Below, in pieces: positions 40,122 through 49,449 of a stretch of DNA of 56,474 nt. This stretch comes from a virus (lineage: Duplodnaviria; Heunggongvirae; Uroviricota; Caudoviricetes): the IMG/VR virus record IMGVR_UViG_2880372215_000005; one strand, 5' to 3'. The first letter of the stretch is position 1. Each line of letters starts with the position of its first letter. A model generated the notes under the pieces. It was not told the DNA's origin. It worked only from the letters and a program-made list of their open reading frames with translations, and ran no database searches. The position numbers and the translations under genes are program-made.

Positions 40122-41180
40122 TCATCCGTTACGAATGATTAAATCCTGTACTTCCCGCACCGTCTGCTCAAAACGTTCAGTCTCCAGTTCAACGCCAGTT
40201 GCACGACGTCCCAGCGCCATCGCTGCTTTCACTGTCGACCCCGACCCCATGAAGAAATCTGCAACCAGGTCTCCCGGACGACTGCTTGCGCTGATTATCT
40301 GCTGCAACATTTCTGCCGGTTTTTCGCACGGATGTTTCCCTGGATAGTACTGCACCGGTTTATACGTCCACACATCGGTGTACGGCACCTGCACCGTCAC
40401 ACCGAAATACCGCCGCAGATGCTTATATTCACTCTGCAGCTCCGCATACTGTCGGTTCAGAGAGGCATACGTATCCACCAGCTGGTGGTGGGGCTTTTCC
40501 AGTTCACCCCGCTGATGCTTCTCTTCTGCCACCCGGGCAAACAGTGCCTGTAATTTCAGATAATCGCTTTCGTTCGGCAGCTGCCACTGACCGGCACTGA
40601 ACCAGTGCGACACCATGTTTTTCTTTCCTGTGGCATCTGCAATCTGTTTTGCCGTTATCCCCAGGACAGCGCGCGCATCACGAAAGTAAGCAATCAGCGG
40701 GGCCATCACATGCTGTTTCAGTGTCCTACCCTTCGCCTCATACCCGGCATCTTTCGGACGATACGGCCCCTGATAATGCTCTGCGAACAGAATGCGCTCT
40801 GTGGCGGGGAAATACGCCCGCAGGCTTTCCTTGTTGCACCCGTTCCAGCGTCCGGACGGCTTTGCCCAGATGATATGGTTCAGCACGTTAAACCGCTCAC
40901 GCATCATGATTTCGGTGTCAGATGCCAGACGATGGCCACAGAACAGGTAAAGACTTCCGGCAGGTTTCAGCACCCGCCAGAACTGCGCAAGACACTGGTC
41001 CAGCCACTTCAGGTAATCTTCATCACCCGCCCACTGGTTATCCCAGCCCTCGGGTTTCACTTTGAAGTACGGCGGGTCCGTGACTATCAGGTCAACAGAA
41101 TTTTCGGGTAACGACCGCATAAATTCCAGGCAGTCGGCGTTGATTAACTCACAACTGGATATTTTTACAGTATTAAGCAT
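40122..41180 (-). CDS. DNA amino-methyltransferase (N6-adenine or N4-cytosine), orphan
   Basis: 352 aa with DPPY motif near the N-terminus (VTDPPYF) and AdoMet-binding FxGxG near the C-terminus (DFFMGSGST); no adjacent restriction endonuclease. Confidence 0.8.
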   Translation of the reverse strand: MLNTVKISSCELINADCLEFMRSLPENSVDLIVTDPPYFKVKPEGWDNQWAGDEDYLKWLDQCLAQFWRVLKPAGSLYLFCGHRLASDTEIMMRERFNVLNHIIWAKPSGRWNGCNKESLRAYFPATERILFAEHYQGPYRPKDAGYEAKGRTLKQHVMAPLIAYFRDARAVLGITAKQIADATGKKNMVSHWFSAGQWQLPNESDYLKLQALFARVAEEKHQRGELEKPHHQLVDTYASLNRQYAELQSEYKHLRRYFGVTVQVPYTDVWTYKPVQYYPGKHPCEKPAEMLQQIISASSRPGDLVADFFMGSGSTVKAAMALGRRATGVELETERFEQTVREVQDLIIRNG

Positions 41181-41330
41181 GGATCATTAAGCCTGTCTCT
41201 GATAGGCTCATTCTGCTTTTGCGCAAAGCAGTGGGCCTGAGGTTTGCTTGTGAACCCAACGCATGAGCAGATGGCTGGTGGGTGCCCCTTACACCCACCA
41301 GCCGCCCATTTACCACAAATAAAAAAGCCT

Positions 41331-41528
41331 TCAGGACTGAAGGCGTCTGTAACAACCAAACTGATAGTCTGCCAGACCCGCCATAACCAGCTGGGTCAGT
41401 ATTAACTGGCAGCGTTCGCGTGAAAGGTAAGTATTCTGCGCAATCTCCCCGACTGTCGCCGGGTCGGTAACGCTTAATTCATTAAACACCACTCTGGCGG
41501 TTTCTGTCATATCCTGCTGTTTCAGCAT
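41331..41528 (-). CDS. hypothetical small protein downstream of Q
   Basis: 65-aa frame MLKQQDMTETARVVFNELSVTDPATVGEIAQNTYLSRERCQLILTQLVMAGL...; ORF extends to 41651. Confidence 0.3.
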   Translation of the reverse strand: MLKQQDMTETARVVFNELSVTDPATVGEIAQNTYLSRERCQLILTQLVMAGLADYQFGCYRRLQS

Positions 41529-41651
41529 GTCTTTTTCCCTTTTCCGGTTAACGTGACACACCAATAACTCTTGTCGAAAAAGCCAGCAACCTGAAAGAAC
41601 GGTATTAATAACCACCAGCGAATTTATTGCGCTGCTGTATATTACGGACAC

Positions 41652-41676
41652 AAAAAAACCACCTTCCGGTGGCTTC
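41652..41676 (-). terminator. rho-independent terminator immediately downstream of the Q-like gene (tR'-like)
   Basis: minus-strand hairpin ggaagccaccggaaggtgg followed by tttttttg. Confidence 0.6.
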
Positions 41677-41769
41677 CTTGTGCGAAAAAACTTGCATTTC
41701 GCCTCGCGATACAGCTTTGCGAAGCTTACAGGAATTCAAGCTGTTTCTGCGTAAAAAAGCAAGCTTTTT

Positions 41770-42312
41770 TTATCGAAATGAATCGTGCATAGGTACATAA
41801 AGCATGTGTTCAGCCACGGCTAACCAACCTGCAATACGTTTCTCACATGTGCTGAAACACCATTCCGGGTGAGTACGATTTAAACATTCTGCCATTTTTC
41901 TCTTACTCATTCCCCGTCCTTCGTACCTTTGCCGGAGAATATTGATTAGCCCGGGATATTCCCCAAGCACCTCACTGATAACGCGATCAATAATCAACGC
42001 CTCTGTGTCTGTACAATGTGACAACCAGCTCTTCTGCTTCCCTCTGGTCATATCCCGAAAAAATGCCTCAAGTTCCGGTTTTTCCAGCCCGGATTTCTTC
42101 ATGCTGCGTAAAACCTCATTAACTGCTGTTTTCGTCAGCTTTTTCGAAACCAGTAACCGGTTAAACATATTTCCGGATTTACCCCCACCGATATACGACC
42201 ACCGCCCCCACATCCGTAATTTCCCCTGGATCCAGACTGCTTCCAGCGTGTTCAGGCGTAAATGTTCGCCGCTTTTGCCTGTAATTTCCGGATATATCAT
42301 ATTTACGCTCAC
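41770..42312 (-). CDS. putative late-gene antiterminator Q-like protein
   Basis: 180-aa ORF directly after rusA and directly before a strong terminator, i.e. the canonical Q position; family assignment not verified. Confidence 0.35.
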   Translation of the reverse strand: MSVNMIYPEITGKSGEHLRLNTLEAVWIQGKLRMWGRWSYIGGGKSGNMFNRLLVSKKLTKTAVNEVLRSMKKSGLEKPELEAFFRDMTRGKQKSWLSHCTDTEALIIDRVISEVLGEYPGLINILRQRYEGRGMSKRKMAECLNRTHPEWCFSTCEKRIAGWLAVAEHMLYVPMHDSFR

Positions 42313-42668
42313 TCACTCTCAATTTTGTAAATCTTCACACCCAGCCGTCCACCAGATACTGGCTGACCACGTACAATATTGATTTCATCAAACTGCTCAT
42401 CGTCCATTAACACTCCCGCATGCGTCAGCGCATCCAGCGGTGCTTTCAGAATATTGTCCAGGTCACGACGACGCTTATCCGGTGGCTCTGCAATAATTTT
42501 TATTGCCAGCCGTCCGGACAGGCTTAATTTCAGTCGCTGCTGGCGAACAATAAGCACCACTGCCCGGCGATAACGCTCCCCGGCTTTTGATACAAAATAT
42601 GTGCTGCCACGGCGTCGCCAGTAAGTGTTCACCGTCGGCGGGTAAGGTAAAACCAAATCTATGAGCAT
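42309..42668 (-). CDS. rusA: Holliday junction resolvase RusA
   Basis: 119 aa with ..PPDKRRRDLDNILKAPLDALTHAGVLMDDEQ.. RusA signature. Confidence 0.85.
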   Translation of the reverse strand: MLIDLVLPYPPTVNTYWRRRGSTYFVSKAGERYRRAVVLIVRQQRLKLSLSGRLAIKIIAEPPDKRRRDLDNILKAPLDALTHAGVLMDDEQFDEINIVRGQPVSGGRLGVKIYKIESE

Positions 42669-42680
42669 CAGTCACCTCTT

Positions 42681-43727
42681 TTACCCGAGCACGCCAGTCG
42701 CAAAGGCGTGATCAAGAAAACGAAAAATTAAATCAACCTGGGAACCATGCTTTTCTTCGAACGCCAGCGGATCCGCATGAAGCTCGTTGTGATGCTCCCG
42801 ACACAGCGGTAGCGTGAAAATATCGTGGGATTTTGTTCCCATTCCGCCCTGACCATGACCAATCAGATGATGAGGATCGTCCGCTGGCTTACCACAACAC
42901 GCACACGGCTGTGTCTTTACCCAGCGTGTGTATTTCTCATTTACCCAGCGGCGACGTTTAGGTCGTTTCATGAAGGATTCCGGAGACTCCGGATCAACGG
43001 CAATGCTGACCACCGTCTTTTCCTGTGGTGGGTTTTGCTGGTGGGCGTGAGGCAGCGGCGCAAGATTTTTTGTGCGCTGCTTCAGTATGATGGTGGCGGT
43101 CTGCTCTCCCGGTACGATGTCGCTTTCACGGTACATTGAGCGGATTTTTTCCGCACGCAACCCCAGCGAACGACGTAATACCGCTTCCGGTAGCGCGTCC
43201 GCCACCTGATTGCGGACCGCCCACCAGGATAATTCAGCCAGAGATAATTCACGCTCCTGCGTACCGCTTATTGCGTGACCGATGACGTCAATCATCCATG
43301 CTGACAGGTTTTGATGAGCAAGTTGCTCGAGTGATTCGGATGTCTGGTCACGCAGCTGGTTGTCGCAGTGCCAGCACAACACCATTGCGCCGGTACCATA
43401 ACGGTGAATAACGGTTTCACTGTGATGATAGTCACCATGAGGCCACTGGCAGGATTTGACATGACGCAACAGCCAGTCAGACAGTGCACCAGCGCCACCA
43501 ACAGCACGAATCACACGCTCATTGCTGAAAAACGGCAGTAATGATTTATCCTCCGCCAGCGGCTGGCGAACGGCAGGGACGATGCCGGACGGCAGACCGC
43601 GCATGCTTTTCGGCTCCGGCTCCACAAGCACTCGAGGGTTATGGAATACCTGCATGGATTCACGGCCTGGTTTAAGGACCACCACCCCAAGTTCCGGTAC
43701 CGGAACAGGTCGAAGTAATACCCGCAC
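42681..43727 (-). CDS. DUF968-type prophage protein (YdfU-like) with C-terminal Cys/His HNH-like motif
   Basis: 348 aa; C-terminus ..QPCACCGKPADDPHHLIGHGQGGMGTKSHDIFTLPLCREHHNELH.. Confidence 0.55.
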   Translation of the reverse strand: MRVLLRPVPVPELGVVVLKPGRESMQVFHNPRVLVEPEPKSMRGLPSGIVPAVRQPLAEDKSLLPFFSNERVIRAVGGAGALSDWLLRHVKSCQWPHGDYHHSETVIHRYGTGAMVLCWHCDNQLRDQTSESLEQLAHQNLSAWMIDVIGHAISGTQERELSLAELSWWAVRNQVADALPEAVLRRSLGLRAEKIRSMYRESDIVPGEQTATIILKQRTKNLAPLPHAHQQNPPQEKTVVSIAVDPESPESFMKRPKRRRWVNEKYTRWVKTQPCACCGKPADDPHHLIGHGQGGMGTKSHDIFTLPLCREHHNELHADPLAFEEKHGSQVDLIFRFLDHAFATGVLG

Positions 43728-43728
43728 G

Positions 43729-44007
43729 TTACCTCCAGATGCGTTGCTGGAATGTGCGGGACGGACGCGGTGGGCGCTCGGAGTACGGCAGCCTGACGTA
43801 GATTATCCAGTGACGATAATCGAGGCTGAGGGCTTTCCTAAACTCATACCCACGTCTGCGGTAGTTCTGAATCAGCCATTCGGCCTGTTCTTCAGTGCAT
43901 GGGGCGTGCCGGAACCAGTCAGATTTGAATGCATGAGAACGCCGCCCGTGCCTGCTGGCAAAGACGGCTGAATTATCAGAATTGTGTAGTCTGGAATTTT
44001 GCGCCAT
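43729..44007 (-). CDS. hypothetical protein
   Basis: 92-aa ORF abutting the DUF968 gene. Confidence 0.3.
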   Translation of the reverse strand: MAQNSRLHNSDNSAVFASRHGRRSHAFKSDWFRHAPCTEEQAEWLIQNYRRRGYEFRKALSLDYRHWIIYVRLPYSERPPRPSRTFQQRIWR

Positions 44008-44076
44008 CGGCTTTCTCCGGTGGCACAGTGTTACTCAACAGGGGTTCAGCCCTGCGCTGAATTGTAGATGAATTCA

Positions 44077-44337
44077 CTAATCTTCAAAAGCAGAAAAACC
44101 AGCCTTAATCCCAGCTTCTTTCAGAGACGGCAACGATGTGACAAATTCATTTGCACGCAAAATAAAACCATCCGTCACAAGCCCATCCACAAAATGAATT
44201 AACGCAGCTCCACTCTTCCTTTGTTGAGACTGTAAACATTTAATACGGCAGTGGCTGACAATAGCGCCCTTCTCAACGCGCACAGTATAGAGGCCATCTT
44301 CACTAAAAATTTCACGTAATTCTTCGATTCTCATCAA
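44077..44337 (-). CDS. hypothetical protein
   Basis: 86-aa ORF MMRIEELREIFSEDGLYTVRVEKGAIVSHCRIKCLQSQQRKSG... Confidence 0.3.
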   Translation of the reverse strand: MMRIEELREIFSEDGLYTVRVEKGAIVSHCRIKCLQSQQRKSGAALIHFVDGLVTDGFILRANEFVTSLPSLKEAGIKAGFSAFED

Positions 44338-44460
44338 CAGAATCCTTCCAGATAAATAGCACTCCCCTGTTCGGGGTCCATCCCTCTTCTCCCTGCGCGC
44401 TACTTAAGTATTTTTGATTCTATTCCGGCGCCGTCCGGAACTTCAAACGCGTTGAAAATA

Positions 44461-44486
44461 AAAACAAAAACCCGCCGAAGCGGGTT
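44461..44486 (-). terminator. rho-independent terminator 3' of hok
   Basis: minus-strand hairpin cccgcttcggcggg followed by tttttgttttt. Confidence 0.6.
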
Positions 44487-44554
44487 AAGTGCGGGTGCGT
44501 TGAGGATGCCTGACACATCAGAGGTGGCGAGGGATTTCTCCCCCGCCTGGTCTC

Positions 44555-44710
44555 TTACTCCTCAGGTTCGTAAGCTGTGAAGACAGCGACCTCCGTCTGG
44601 CCGGTTCGGATTCGTACCTCGCAGAGGTCTTTCCTCGTTACCAGTGCCGTCACTATGACGATTAAACAGATGACGATCAGGGCGATTAACATCGCCTTTT
44701 GCTGCTTCAT
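44555..44710 (-). CDS. hok: Hok/Gef-family type I toxin
   Basis: MKQQKAMLIALIVICLIVIVTALVTRKDLCEVRIRTGQTEVAVFTAYEPEE (51 aa) nested in a longer mok-like reading frame 44555..44767. Confidence 0.85.
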   Translation of the reverse strand: MKQQKAMLIALIVICLIVIVTALVTRKDLCEVRIRTGQTEVAVFTAYEPEE

Positions 44711-45045
44711 AGCCTGCTTCTCCTTGACCTTTCGGTCCGTAAGAGGCAATCTATATGTGACGAGCATATAGGGGCCTCACTTCGATTTATAGTCGGGTGG
44801 GGCTTTTATCTATCTGCCGTTGGTGTTCATGCCCGAGGCAGATAGCCTCAAGCACCCGCAGCAATCCTACTTAACTCTGCCGTTACAGCAAACCGTTTTC
44901 GCCCGATATGGGAATTCCCATATCGGAATGAATTCAGTTCACCTGGCGAGGCTTAGCGTACAATTTTTTCCGTTTTGTGAGCTGCCCCTACATGCCGCTG
45001 GCGCGGCATCCGGAAAAAGAATCCACGTCCTGAAGGACGAGGATG

Positions 45046-45804
45046 TCAAGTGCCTTTCCTGGTCCAGCCATATTTTTTGAATGCAGGCGCCGCTTCATCG
45101 GTTTGTAGCCATTCTGCAAATCGACGGGTTTCATCATTTGCATCCTGACGTACTGTAATGTTCATATCACGCCATATCACGTAGTCTGGCGCTATTTCCA
45201 CGACATCACCAATTTCTGGATTACTGGCTGCCCAGTCAGCCCAGGTTATCCAGACATCTGCTCCAGGCTGATTCTCAAGAGCCTTACGTGCAGTTCCGCT
45301 ATTGGGCGCATATAAAATAATATTTTTTCGGATTGCGGCGACAGTTTCTATATTCCCTTTACGTCCGGCAATATCTTCCCAGACGCCAGTGCCTGATGTA
45401 TTACTGGTACCACCACCATCATTAACAATTACGCCAATCCCAGGTCTGGTCAGGTCGTCAATACTCCGGATATTTTTAGGATTACCTTTCTTTACCAGTA
45501 AAATACTTTTTCGCAGATAAAGAGGCTGAATATCTTTTTCACTGAAGCTGTCTTTATGGTCCCGAATGATAGCCAGAGCAGATTGTTCTGATGCGCCAAA
45601 CAAGATATCTGCATTTTTTTTGGCATCTTCATTCCATTTGTTCTGTGGGCCGTAATGAACGTTCACTATAATACCTGTTTTTTCGGCATAAAGTTTGGCT
45701 GCATCAAGCAAGGCTGTATGCGGGCCACCAGGACCATACAGATTGATATCAGCATAAGCAGCAGAAGACAGGAATATTAAAAAACCTGCCATTATGTTCC
45801 TCAT
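45046..45804 (-). CDS. secreted periplasmic solute-binding-protein-like protein (ModA/PBP2-like fold suspected), orphan moron
   Basis: 252 aa with signal peptide (MRNIMAGFLIFLSSAAYA); no adjacent permease or ATPase genes. Confidence 0.45.
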   Translation of the reverse strand: MRNIMAGFLIFLSSAAYADINLYGPGGPHTALLDAAKLYAEKTGIIVNVHYGPQNKWNEDAKKNADILFGASEQSALAIIRDHKDSFSEKDIQPLYLRKSILLVKKGNPKNIRSIDDLTRPGIGVIVNDGGGTSNTSGTGVWEDIAGRKGNIETVAAIRKNIILYAPNSGTARKALENQPGADVWITWADWAASNPEIGDVVEIAPDYVIWRDMNITVRQDANDETRRFAEWLQTDEAAPAFKKYGWTRKGT

Positions 45805-46222
45805 AAAAAACTCCTTTTATTGGTTATCATGAAATAAAGTTATAAACACTACAAATAATATATATTACATCCAGATAAACTTATCCGACTTTACCTCGTG
45901 CATAGCTTGTTATTTAAAGTCAACAAAATAAGGAAAATTATACGCATATTGAAGAGTATAAACCTTACATGTTGATTACATTTTTGTAATCAACATCCTG
46001 TTTGGAATAGCCAGCCTTTAATGGATAACTATTTCTGACAATGCAATGAGTATAATCAAGTCCATCTTCCACTGAGAATTAGAGGCGGCATGCTTTTTCC
46101 GGCTCTTGCCGGATATCCGTAATTGTCCATAATCTGCAGATTTATACCTTCTGCATGACCTGTCAGCGAAAATTTGTCCGGTGTTTCTACGGGAATGACA
46201 TCAAAAGTTACACGCACTCGCG

Positions 46223-46748
46223 TTACCGTGTAGACCTACTTTCCTGCACTTGCAAGATCACAGTGGTGTAACCGTAACAGGAATTTATTCTCTGGACCGG
46301 CAGTAAATCCCTGAGTGGCGTGGTTCCCATATCAATTTCCCGCCAGGCAGCCTCCATTGCCAGCGTACAGGCTGGAGCCATGACCTGCCCTTTAAATCTG
46401 GCCCGACCATCCCACCGGACGTGTTCTTCTCCCCTGAACTTAGGTACAGTCATCTCCAGTGGCACAAAAGTGTCAGCGCCATAATTTTTGACCGTTATCG
46501 CGCTACGGATATTTTGTTGACTGGTGAAAATCACCCCGCAGAATCAGGCTTATTCCCTTAACCTGGGCTTTCATCCTGACCGCCGCCTCACTACGACCAA
46601 TCAGACTGCCGATGCATTTTACCTTCATTGTTAGTATCATGATTTCAGGCCTGCACCATCCGCTCATTGCCCGGACTTCCGACAAATCCCGGCAACCATA
46701 TCCCGGTGCTTGTTCAGCTCCCGCAGCGCGGCGCAGACTCGCTCCCAC
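46223..46748 (-). pseudogene. hypothetical gene split across two overlapping frames (possible frameshifted ORF)
   Basis: ORFs 46503..46748 and 46223..46534 overlap by about 30 nt in different frames; no family recognised. Confidence 0.2.
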
Positions 46749-47398
46749 TTCTGGACATGATTCTTCGCCCTACGCAGTTCGCGATTTGCCATATGCAGCG
46801 ATGGCAAAATCAAATCATCTTCTCGCGTTGCAGTAAACGATGGCAGCGACTGCACAATGTCCGCCACAGTTTCTGTTTTAATATCTTCCTGTGTTGCATC
46901 TTTCTGTACCGGTAACGCAACACCGGCTGGCTGAGGAAAGGCTTTACCATCGGTTTCCGCTACCGATTCAACTTTCGGCTCTGCTGGTAAATTATCACCT
47001 GGTATGCAGTAACGAATTTTACCGTTCTGGTTTACGCGAATCAGACGACCTTTGCTGATTGCCATTGCCAGCGTTGAAGCAACTTTGCGGGATGTTGTAC
47101 CGAACAGCGTAGCCAGTTCATCCGCCGTTTGTGGTCCGCGTTGTTCAATCGTCGCGGTTAAATCGCACTCTGAGATTTTCGCTTCTGTTGCCGTGGTGGT
47201 TTCTTCTGGCGCTGGCTGTTCCTGCTGAACGTTGTTATCAGCCACACGCCAGGTGTATACGCTTTTATCAACGAAGCCAGCCTTTTTCAGTTCCCACAGC
47301 TCGTTCAGTACTTCTTCACGACTGATATCAAGTCGCGCAGCCAGCTATACCGACGTGGCTTTTCCCATCGCTTTCAGTGCGTCAAAAACAGTCTCCAT
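46664..47398 (-). pseudogene. winged-helix prophage protein with an in-frame amber codon (gene otherwise intact)
   Basis: reads [63 protein letters not shown]... ; TAG at about 47345..47347 in the same frame as ORF 46664..47245. Confidence 0.5.
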
Positions 47399-47431
47399 AA
47401 ATTTCCTCCCGGTAAAAAATCACTTCTCAAC

Positions 47432-47974
47432 TCAAACAAAACCAGCCGCTTTCCGGCGTTCATATTCCTGTTTCAGCAACTCAATTGGCGTTGGCCCCGA
47501 CGGGCGTTTGGGGGCCGCCAGTTGTCGCCGGACTGGCGGAACGCTCAGGCCGTTACTAACATGCTTTGCCCATTTCGTCAGTTGCCGTTCTGCAAGCCGT
47601 TTTAATTCCCCTTCGGTCATCTGGCGCTCAATCCCCTTTGAACGCATCTCGAGGCAAATGTGATACAGCACAGGCTGAGACCACGGGTACTTATCACTTC
47701 CGTCGTATCGCCAGGACTCATTGCGCCAGCGGCGGTACTCCTCCATCACAGCATCCACCGTCAGACCGAATGGATTGGCTCCGCTTTTCGAAATCAGTGC
47801 CACAAACTCAGCCAGGTCCGGAGGCCATGTTTCACCCGCCCGGCAGCGGTCCATGCACTGGCGGCAGACCTGCCGGATTTGCTGCTCAGTCATCGCGCCA
47901 ATCTGTGCAATCCAGAGCTTCGAAGGTGCGGCCCCGTTCTTCTGGATCCAGCGGTTCGAATAAACCACCCCCAT
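47432..47974 (-). CDS. replication protein P-like (helicase loader)
   Basis: lambda P-like pattern (..AWKLWELMGVVYSNRW..WPPDLAEFVALISK..YPWSQPVLYHICLEMR..); start uncertain, ORF extends to 48097 and overlaps the O-like gene. Confidence 0.55.
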   Translation of the reverse strand: MGVVYSNRWIQKNGAAPSKLWIAQIGAMTEQQIRQVCRQCMDRCRAGETWPPDLAEFVALISKSGANPFGLTVDAVMEEYRRWRNESWRYDGSDKYPWSQPVLYHICLEMRSKGIERQMTEGELKRLAERQLTKWAKHVSNGLSVPPVRRQLAAPKRPSGPTPIELLKQEYERRKAAGFV

Positions 47975-48926
47975 GAGTTCCCACAGCTTCCAGGCCGTTT
48001 CCGTCGCTGATAAATCCGTTTTCACGTTCCCACTGCTCACGTGCTGCCCGAATTTCCTGAACTGCCCGTGATGCGGTGCCACCTGGTGCTGCTGCATGGT
48101 TTACCCCTTTGCTGACTGGTTTAACCTGCGCCCTGACGTGATTTACGTGACGGGCGAATTTCTGCTCCCACTGAATCTGCGTAAACACTTTCCCCTCCGC
48201 TGCCCAGTAGTCCCGGAAGGCGGCAAGTTCAGCAGGTGTAAATTCTGTCTCCGGCAAAGCCATCCCCCACAACGCAGCCCGTCGTCGAAAATCCCGTGAC
48301 GGATACCAGCTATCGCTCATCGGGAATTTTCCGATGGGTTCGCTCAGGCCATACAGGAATACAGGGGGGGCTGCCTGTAACGACAAAACTTCCTGCTCAC
48401 TGGTCGGAGCACTCTCGCGTGCGTTATGTGTGGGGTTTAGATCTTTGGGTTCCTTTGGGTTCCGTGATCCGTTTTTGGGTGTCTTTGATGGAAAATTTGG
48501 GTGTCTTTGGTTATTTTCCATGCAGCTAAGAGTTCTGTTTTTGGGTCTGTTTTGTGCTGAAACATAACCATTTTCGGTACTGTTTTTATTAACAGCACCA
48601 ATTTTACCCACCTTTAAAGACTCCCGTTTTTGGGTGTATTCAGGCTCGGCAACACTTTCTTCTACACCGATAAGTCGGTACACCACAATTTGCTTTGTTC
48701 TGCCTTTTCTCTCACCGGTATCAACAATTAACCCAATCTCCATCAGGTGTCGTAAGCTGTCCTGCACAGTCTTTTTGTTCAGTTCCGTTACTTCTGCCAG
48801 TGCAGATACAGACGGGTATGCACACAAATCGGCACCGCACATATCAGCAAGCCAGGTCAATACTGACTTACTGGATGAACTGCCGGTTTTCACCTTTTTA
48901 GCCCATCGTAGTGCATCGATACTCAT
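47886..48926 (-). CDS. replication initiation protein (wHTH N-terminal domain + DnaT-like C-terminal domain)
   Basis: MSIDALRWAKKVKTGSSSSKSVLTWLADMCGADLCAYPSVSALAEVTELNKKTVQDSLRHLMEIGLIVD... and C-terminal ..FTPAELAAFRDYWAAEGKVFTQIQWEQKFARHVNHVRAQ.. Confidence 0.65.
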   Translation of the reverse strand: MSIDALRWAKKVKTGSSSSKSVLTWLADMCGADLCAYPSVSALAEVTELNKKTVQDSLRHLMEIGLIVDTGERKGRTKQIVVYRLIGVEESVAEPEYTQKRESLKVGKIGAVNKNSTENGYVSAQNRPKNRTLSCMENNQRHPNFPSKTPKNGSRNPKEPKDLNPTHNARESAPTSEQEVLSLQAAPPVFLYGLSEPIGKFPMSDSWYPSRDFRRRAALWGMALPETEFTPAELAAFRDYWAAEGKVFTQIQWEQKFARHVNHVRAQVKPVSKGVNHAAAPGGTASRAVQEIRAAREQWERENGFISDGNGLEAVGTHGGGLFEPLDPEERGRTFEALDCTDWRDD

Positions 48927-49449
48927 ACGCCCCCCTGGCAGACATTTGTTTATCTGCAAAGTAATATTGGTATTGCTGACGATACGCGTGCTTGAAAGCA
49001 ATAGCTTTTTCTATAAGCTCGTCAGTCTCACGTTCCACAACAACTGGATCCGCAAAAAGCAGCCCGGACTCCACCACATCGCCATATTCTTTGTTTAACC
49101 CGGCGATCATGTACGTAATGCTTTTTCCGTCAGTAATTTCACAATACAATCTGAAATCGCTGATCCGGATAGCCTCCATAATTGCCGGAATCAGCGCCGT
49201 GAATTTGTCACGCTTATCTCTGGTGTCGATAGCTTTCCAGCGTTCGAATATCTTCACCCGGTTAACGCCCAGCGCCCGTTGATCAACCTCGCCATCATTA
49301 AACGTGACGCGTTGAACATCGATGTTCGGGCGTTCTTTCAGAGCCCAGAATGCTTCCGTGATTAATATCGTCGCCTGCTCCTGTGTCATTCCTGGTCGGC
49401 ATACCCAGGTATCCAGAGCCTCACAAACCTGTTCAGTGGTGATTTTCAT
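48898..49449 (-). CDS. ydaT: YdaT-like protein (Rac-type immunity region, cII-position gene)
   Basis: 183-aa ORF directly downstream of the Cro-like gene. Confidence 0.4.
   Translation of the reverse strand: MKITTEQVCEALDTWVCRPGMTQEQATILITEAFWALKERPNIDVQRVTFNDGEVDQRALGVNRVKIFERWKAIDTRDKRDKFTALIPAIMEAIRISDFRLYCEITDGKSITYMIAGLNKEYGDVVESGLLFADPVVVERETDELIEKAIAFKHAYRQQYQYYFADKQMSARGAYEYRCTTMG

Noticed and set aside
44820-45080. 86-aa plus-strand ORF between hok and the binding-protein-like gene
   Set aside because: Covers an intergenic region containing the 24-bp palindrome and overlaps the 3' end of the minus-strand gene; no RBS, likely non-coding.
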